Origin: Candidatus Altimarinota bacterium
Lineage (GTDB): Bacteria > Patescibacteriota > Gracilibacteria > UBA1369 > GCA-2718715
Direction of reading: 5' to 3'
Assembly: GCA_041242255.1 (NCBI GenBank)
Contig: JBESAV010000001.1
Location: 128,001-192,000, forward strand
DNA: 64,000 bases
The notes under the pieces are model-generated. The model did no database searches and was not told the origin of the DNA. It saw nothing but the letters and a program-made list of their open reading frames with translations. Both the position numbers and the translations under genes were made by a program. How positions within the stretch are numbered: the first letter of the stretch is position 1; each line of letters starts with the position of its first letter. This document shows positions 58,744 through 64,000 of the stretch, in pieces.

Positions 58744-59082
58744 TTGCTAGTAATTAGACTTCAAAGAGTAGGACGCAAAAATCTAGCAGCGTACCGAGTA
58801 GTGGTAGCGGAAAAAAGCCGTGCCGTTAAGAAAAAAGTAGTAGAAGTTGTTGGACACTACCAACCGACTCGCAATCCAAAAGTAATCGAAATCGACACAG
58901 ACAAAGTTACAGATTGGATTTCTAAAGGTGCAAAACCTTCAAGTAGCGTAGCTTCACTATTAAAAAAGCTAGGAATGAAAGATATGGATCAATACCTTTC
59001 TGCACCAACTAAAAAGAAAAAGAAGAAAAAAGCAACTGAAGAACCAGAAGAAGCTCCTCAAGAAGAAGCTAAAGCTGAGTAA
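58744..59082 (+). CDS. rpsP: 30S ribosomal protein S16
   Basis: LVIRLQRVGRKN..YRVVV, WISKGAKPS. Confidence 0.95.
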   Translation: MLVIRLQRVGRKNLAAYRVVVAEKSRAVKKKVVEVVGHYQPTRNPKVIEIDTDKVTDWISKGAKPSSSVASLLKKLGMKDMDQYLSAPTKKKKKKKATEEPEEAPQEEAKAE

Positions 59083-59148
59083 TTCTTTCATTTTTCGAAC
59101 TGCTGCTGTACAGTATTACAGCATGATATTTAAAATATAAAAGTAAAG

Positions 59149-59454
59149 ATGACACAATTCAGAGACCAAGATTTTATAGAATTTATTGTAAAGAGTATCG
59201 TAGATCATCCAGAAGAAGTTGACATCGAAAGAAACGTTGACGAACTTGGTGTTCTTATCACTCTTAAAGTGAACAAAGAAGATATGGGTAAAATCATCGG
59301 TAAAGATGGTAAAACAGCCAAAGCAATGAGAGTTCTACTAAGACTAATCGGTTCTAAAAACGAAGAAAGAGTAAACCTCAAAATTCTAGAACCAGAAGGA
59401 AACGAAAACAACGACCTTCCAAATTCAGGACTAGATGACGACCTAGACCTATAA
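59149..59454 (+). CDS. khpA: KH-domain RNA-binding protein KhpA
   Basis: IVDHPEEV, DMGKIIGKDGKTA; follows rpsP. Confidence 0.92.
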   Translation: MTQFRDQDFIEFIVKSIVDHPEEVDIERNVDELGVLITLKVNKEDMGKIIGKDGKTAKAMRVLLRLIGSKNEERVNLKILEPEGNENNDLPNSGLDDDLDL

Positions 59455-59459
59455 AACAT

Positions 59460-59482
59460 AAGCCCCTCACCGGGGCTTTTTT
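59460..59482 (+). terminator. intrinsic terminator
   Basis: aagcccc-tcacc-ggggctt + T-run. Confidence 0.8.
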
Positions 59483-59534
59483 ATTTGCAGAAATTTTCCC
59501 AAATTGCTAAATTAACCTCAGTCTAAAAACAATC

Positions 59535-59945
59535 ATGATAGATAAAAGCCTTTTAGCTCAAGTGTACGTAAGCCAAGTTAGAGAAGGCTCACTTCTTGAT
59601 ACAGCTCAGACTCTTAGTCTTAAAGATATTATTAATAGAGGTATCGCCTACGCACTCCTAGCAGCAGGTTTCTTATCTATAGTCTTTATCTTCATCGGAG
59701 GTATTTCATTTATCACATCTGGAGGTAACGAAGATAAGATCAAACAAGCTGTAAGCACAATTCGTTACGCAATCGTGGGGCTTATCATAACAATCCTAGC
59801 AGTACTTATTGTAAACATACTTGGAAGAACAATAGGCCTAGATGTAACTTCCTACATTAGCTTCGACGAAATTGCCCGAATTATTCAAACTATTGCAGAC
59901 GAGATTAGAACAGGAGGATCTAGCAGCCCAAACACTTTACGATAA
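59535..59945 (+). CDS. TrbC/VirB2-like pilin (CPR type)
   Basis: Two hydrophobic helices around GGISFITSGGNEDKIKQAVSTIRYAIVGLII. Confidence 0.82.
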   Translation: MIDKSLLAQVYVSQVREGSLLDTAQTLSLKDIINRGIAYALLAAGFLSIVFIFIGGISFITSGGNEDKIKQAVSTIRYAIVGLIITILAVLIVNILGRTIGLDVTSYISFDEIARIIQTIADEIRTGGSSSPNTLR

Positions 59946-60356
59946 ACTAGAATACTTAATAGTATCTAAACATGCACTCTTTACGTTGCTCCAATCGTAA
60001 GGATATTTAAAACATTCAATAGCCTTAATCAAAGCCTCTAACTGATGAAAGCTAGTGTTCTTTTTATATTTAAAACTATTCCCCTGCTCTTTTTGTGGCA
60101 CGTAGTCAGTAAACCCCTTAACACCTTTCATAAGGACTGGAACTGCCTTAACCTCAGCTACAACTTCTTTTACCTTACCCTTTTTATCCCAACCAAAAAG
60201 CACAATATCAAACCCACCTTTCACATTCTTTAAATTACTTAAGTTCGAAATCTTACAATCATACCCCAAAGTCTGAACCCCTTCTAAAAACCAATCATCA
60301 AAATTCCCATACAACAATATCTTAGGCGCCCTACTTTTTGATTTTTTACCACTCAT
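59937..60356 (-). CDS. short protein resembling the C-terminus of glycogen synthase
   Basis: AVPV, DYVPQKEQGNSF, ALIKAIECFKYPYDW resemble the GlgA tail; catalytic region absent. Confidence 0.5.
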   Translation of the reverse strand: MSGKKSKSRAPKILLYGNFDDWFLEGVQTLGYDCKISNLSNLKNVKGGFDIVLFGWDKKGKVKEVVAEVKAVPVLMKGVKGFTDYVPQKEQGNSFKYKKNTSFHQLEALIKAIECFKYPYDWSNVKSACLDTIKYSSLS

Positions 60357-60411
60357 ACACTAATCTGCTTTTAACTTATCAAATCATTATATCAAAAAAT
60401 AACTCTGAAGT

Positions 60412-61329
60412 ATGCCTAAACTCTTATTAATCGATGGAACCGCACTTGTCTTCCGAGCATTCTATGGTATACGAAACCCAATGATCAACTCACAAGGCCT
60501 ACAAACTAACGCAATATACGGTTTTTTCAATATTCTATTCAAATCTCTAAACACCTACCAGCCTGACTACTTTGCCGTATGCTTCGACCGTTCTGAACCC
60601 ACTAGAAGACATAAAGAATACAAGGAATACAAAGCAAACAGAACTAAAGCGCCTGACGAACTATATGCACAAATCCCCATCATTAAAGAAATCCTTAAAA
60701 AAGGAAAACTAAACCTTATCGAAAAAGCTGGCTACGAAGCAGATGACATTATAGCTACTATTAGCCGAGAAAATCACTCCCAAAATCTCGAGCAATACAT
60801 TTACTCAGCTGATTTTGATCTGCGTCAACTTGTAGCAGATAACATTTATATAATTAAACCTAGCTCAAAAGAAGAAGAAATAGTAGACCTCGAAAAATTC
60901 ATAGAAAAAAATCAAATCACCCCAAAACAAATCCCAGATCTTAAGGGCTTAAGTGGGGACCCTTCCGATAACTTACCTGGAGTAAAGGGAATAGGACCAA
61001 AAACAGCCACCAACCTCCTCTTAAAGTATCAAACCCTAGAAAATATTTTTGCAGAAATCGACTCTATCAAAGGAGCCACCAAAAAAAAACTAATAGAACA
61101 AAAGGAAATCTCCCTACTCTGCAAAAACTTAGCAAAGTTAAACTTCGAAACTCCAGTACCAACTGAATTATCTCACTACGACAAATTCAACATAGACACT
61201 GAAGCAATAATTCAAGAGTTCGAAAAAATAGAATTCAAAAAATTAATCAGCCGACTAAACTACTTATCTAAAAATCTAAAGCTAGATTTACAACCAAAAC
61301 TAGATCCAAAACAAACCACCCTATTTTAA
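60412..61329 (+). CDS. stand-alone 5'-3' exonuclease (PolA N-terminal/flap endonuclease-like)
   Basis: LIDG..LVFRAFY, EYKANR, GYEADD, SADFDL, GDPSDNLPGVKGIGPKTA; no polymerase domain. Confidence 0.92.
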   Translation: MPKLLLIDGTALVFRAFYGIRNPMINSQGLQTNAIYGFFNILFKSLNTYQPDYFAVCFDRSEPTRRHKEYKEYKANRTKAPDELYAQIPIIKEILKKGKLNLIEKAGYEADDIIATISRENHSQNLEQYIYSADFDLRQLVADNIYIIKPSSKEEEIVDLEKFIEKNQITPKQIPDLKGLSGDPSDNLPGVKGIGPKTATNLLLKYQTLENIFAEIDSIKGATKKKLIEQKEISLLCKNLAKLNFETPVPTELSHYDKFNIDTEAIIQEFEKIEFKKLISRLNYLSKNLKLDLQPKLDPKQTTLF

Positions 61330-61558
61330 TCTGTAAATCAACAGTAAAATATCTTAAACACATTTAAGTCTCTTTCGCAAACCATATAAAATTTGATTCA
61401 AATACAACCAACAATTTCTAAATTCCGCTTCCATAAGACCTCCAGATTGAACACAAAAAAATAACACCACAACCGATTAATCAAGTCGATTGTACAAAAT
61501 AATTTGTCACTAAAGGGACATTATAGTAGATTAATTGCACAAGTAAATTCACCTAAAA

Positions 61559-62803
61559 ATGTCAAAAAACCGAGTAATTGCCAGCTTAGATGTAGGTAGC
61601 TCTAAAGTTAGGTGTGTCATCGGATATCTAGAAGACGGACAATCCAAACCAACAATAATTGGTATAGGTGTATCCCCTGCTAGTGGAATTCGCAAAAGCA
61701 TGATTATAGATGTAGAAGAAACTATCAGATCTATTACTTCAGCTTTAGAAGACGCAGAACGAATGGCCGGAGAACCTATCCACCACATATTCCTAGGAAT
61801 GGGTGGTCACCACATTGAGTCTACTAACTCAAAAGGTGTTATAGCTATTTCGCATCCTAGCGGAGAAATAATGGAAGACGATATAGATAGAAGTTTAGAA
61901 GCCGCCCAAGCACTATCAATACCAAACAACAGAAGAATACTTAGAATCATTCCAAAAATGTTCTCAGTAGACGAACAGAAAGGAATCAAATACCCAGTTG
62001 GTATGACAGGAATAAGACTTGAAGTAGATGCTCACATTGTTACTGGTATGACACCCGCAATCAAGAACCTTGAAAAATGTGTATTCCAAGCAGGTGTAGA
62101 TATAAACGATATTATTCCAAATAACTTAGCAGCCCCAGAAAGTATCCTAAACAAAAGACAAAAAGAACTAGGAGTAGTTGTAGTAGATATAGGGTCTGGA
62201 AGTACAAACGTTGCTGTATACGAAGACGGAACTATCCTCCACTCTGCAGTTGTACCACTAGGTGGTGAAAATGTTACTAATGACGTAGCAATAGGACTTA
62301 AAACTTCAATTGAAACAGCTGAAAAAATCAAAGTTGAATACGGAACATGCCTACCAGAAGAAATTCACGAGAAAGAACAAATTGATTTATCACTCCTTTC
62401 AAACATAGATGTACAACATGTTTCAAGAAAAACACTAGCTCAAATTATTCAAGCTAGATATTACGAGATATTCAGCTTAGTAAAAGATGAACTAATCAAA
62501 ATCAATAGAGACGGAATGCTTCCAGCAGGAGTTATCATCACAGGTGGAAGTTCAAAAATCCCTGGTTGCATCGACCTAGCTAGAGAGACACTTAAATTAC
62601 CTGTTCAGATTGGATTCCCACAAAACTTTGAAAGTGTTATCGAAAAAGTAGACGACCCAAGCTTCTCTACAGCTGTAGGACTTATGGTTTGGGGATCTAA
62701 ATTCCAAGGATCAGACCTAGGTCTAAACTTAAATCTTTCAAATATCCAAATTGGTAAATCCATCGAATCGATGAAAAGCTGGTTTAAAAACCTAATGCCA
62801 TAA
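61559..62803 (+). CDS. ftsA: cell division protein FtsA
   Basis: LDVGSSKV, PVGMTGIRLEV, VDIGSGST, GVIITGG. Confidence 0.96.
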   Translation: MSKNRVIASLDVGSSKVRCVIGYLEDGQSKPTIIGIGVSPASGIRKSMIIDVEETIRSITSALEDAERMAGEPIHHIFLGMGGHHIESTNSKGVIAISHPSGEIMEDDIDRSLEAAQALSIPNNRRILRIIPKMFSVDEQKGIKYPVGMTGIRLEVDAHIVTGMTPAIKNLEKCVFQAGVDINDIIPNNLAAPESILNKRQKELGVVVVDIGSGSTNVAVYEDGTILHSAVVPLGGENVTNDVAIGLKTSIETAEKIKVEYGTCLPEEIHEKEQIDLSLLSNIDVQHVSRKTLAQIIQARYYEIFSLVKDELIKINRDGMLPAGVIITGGSSKIPGCIDLARETLKLPVQIGFPQNFESVIEKVDDPSFSTAVGLMVWGSKFQGSDLGLNLNLSNIQIGKSIESMKSWFKNLMP

Positions 62804-62805
62804 AT

Positions 62806-62835
62806 CTGACTATTCAAATAACCTGACTATTCAAA
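62806..62835 (+). repeat. 13-bp direct repeat CTGACTATTCAAA x2
   Basis: 62806-62818 and 62823-62835, between the ftsA stop and ftsZ start. Confidence 0.8.
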
Positions 62836-64000
62836 ATGAAAAAAGACGACATCATACAAACAACACATCAGAACTCTGAAACAGAAGATAGACTAAGAAA
62901 CCTATTTTCCGGAAACAAAACCTCCAACAAAACAATGGAGTTCACTCCAGACATTACTCCTGTAGCTAAAATTAAAGTTATAGGTGTAGGTGGAGGTGGA
63001 AACAACGCTATTAACCGAATGATCCGCGCCAACCTTAAAGGTGTTGACTTCATAGCTGTAAATACAGATGCTCAAGCCCTATACCATTCAGAAGCTTCTC
63101 ATAAGATCAATATTGGTAAAGGCACTACCAAAGGTCTCGGTGCTGGAAGTAATCCAGACGCAGGTAGACAAGCAGCTGAAGAGAGTTCAGAAGAAATCAA
63201 AACACTTCTTGAAGGAGCAGACATGGTATTCATTACTTGTGGATTAGGAGGAGGAACAGGAACAGGTGCAGCTCCAGTAATTGCAGAAATATCAAAAGAA
63301 CTTGGTATTCTAACAGTTGGAGTAGTCACAAAACCTTTCTCATTCGAAGGACCAAAAAGAAAAAACCAAGGTGAGGAAGGTCTAAAATCTCTTAAAGAAA
63401 AAGTAGACACTTTGATCACCATTCCAAATGATAGAATTCTATCTATCATCGATAAAAAGACACCAATGACTGACGCCTTCACAGTAGTAGATGATGTACT
63501 GAGACAAGGTGTACAAGGAATCTCTGATTTGATCACTATCCACGGTATGATCAATGTCGATTTCGCCGATGTACAAACTGTAATGGCCAATGCAGGATCT
63601 GCCCTAATGGGAATCGGTTACGGAAGCGGAGAAGAAAGAGCTGTCGAAGCTGCCAGAGCAGCCATCAGCAGTCCCCTTCTCGAAATGGATATCGAAGGTG
63701 CCAAAGGAATATTATTCAATATTACTGGTGGAACAGATCTTTCTATGTACGAAGTAGATGAAGCTGCAAGAATCATTACAGAAGCTGCAGATCCGGACGC
63801 AACAATCATCTTCGGTTCTGTTATCAACGATAACTACACAGGTGAAGTTAAGATTACAGTAGTTGCAACAGGTTTTGATGAGGTAAACAAAAAGAAAAAA
63901 CTTAGACAAAACGGATTTACACCAAACCAACTAACTCAAAATCAATCACAACCTCAAGAACAAAACACGATCAGCCATCAACAAAATGCACCTCAAACAA
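62836..64000 (+). CDS. ftsZ: cell division protein FtsZ, runs off the window edge
   Basis: Not in the ORF track; hand translation gives [49 protein letters not shown]; alternative start ATG 62935. Confidence 0.97.
   Translation, partial: MKKDDIIQTTHQNSETEDRLRNLFSGNKTSNKTMEFTPDITPVAKIKVIGVGGGGNNAINRMIRANLKGVDFIAVNTDAQALYHSEASHKINIGKGTTKGLGAGSNPDAGRQAAEESSEEIKTLLEGADMVFITCGLGGGTGTGAAPVIAEISKELGILTVGVVTKPFSFEGPKRKNQGEEGLKSLKEKVDTLITIPNDRILSIIDKKTPMTDAFTVVDDVLRQGVQGISDLITIHGMINVDFADVQTVMANAGSALMGIGYGSGEERAVEAARAAISSPLLEMDIEGAKGILFNITGGTDLSMYEVDEAARIITEAADPDATIIFGSVINDNYTGEVKITVVATGFDEVNKKKKLRQNGFTPNQLTQNQSQPQEQNTISHQQNAPQT

Noticed and set aside
60412-61329. Truncated polA pseudogene
   Set aside because: Clean stop with no downstream polymerase remnant; stand-alone 5'-3' exonucleases of about 300 aa are a known class
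62868-63930. Minus-strand ORFs (61-163 aa) listed over ftsZ, and similar short antisense or overlapping ORFs across the window
   Set aside because: Shadow frames of well-supported genes, favoured by the strand skew; no motifs
1-64000. Genetic code 25 (UGA=Gly) as in Gracilibacteria/Absconditabacteria
   Set aside because: Long conserved genes (pheT, topA, sufB, ftsA) are full length under code 11 with no in-frame TGA, and TGA ends several ORFs (39914, 44706, 58688)

Overview
A 64-kb chromosomal window from an AT-rich bacterium using the standard genetic code (11). It is most likely a Patescibacteria (CPR) genome, possibly Peregrinibacteria-like. This assignment is an inference from the near absence of Shine-Dalgarno motifs, a VirB2/TrbC-like CPR pilin, G-x-A-W-repeat secreted proteins, rpsP-khpA without rimM/trmD, and eroded biosynthetic genes. 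Housekeeping genes include mutM, mgtE, a class B PBP, an M16 peptidase, ndk, HU, pheST, a split sufC/sufBDS/sufU system, murJ, topA, rpiA, tRNA-Asp, rpsP, a stand-alone 5'-3' exonuclease, ftsA and ftsZ (partial). The most notable accessory content: (1) five large membrane-anchored paralogs (1.5-16.9 kb) share an uncharacterised N-terminal module and carry different C-terminal payloads, including an EF-Tu domain II-like barrel, a Kazal domain and lectin-like propellers; a small LPDTG-tailed protein carries the same PPxxxIDxG motif. (2) A type IV minor-pilin cluster encloses a protein with a MYXO-CTERM-like tail and DMGPDM repeats. (3) A compositionally foreign M23 peptidase gene, flanked by an 11-bp inverted repeat, lies inside the suf cluster. 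(4) Several apparent pseudo-enzymes (PheA-like, TrpE/PabB-like, GlgA fragment). No CRISPR array, integrase, transposase or reverse transcriptase was seen. All family assignments are motif recognition by eye; no database search was run.
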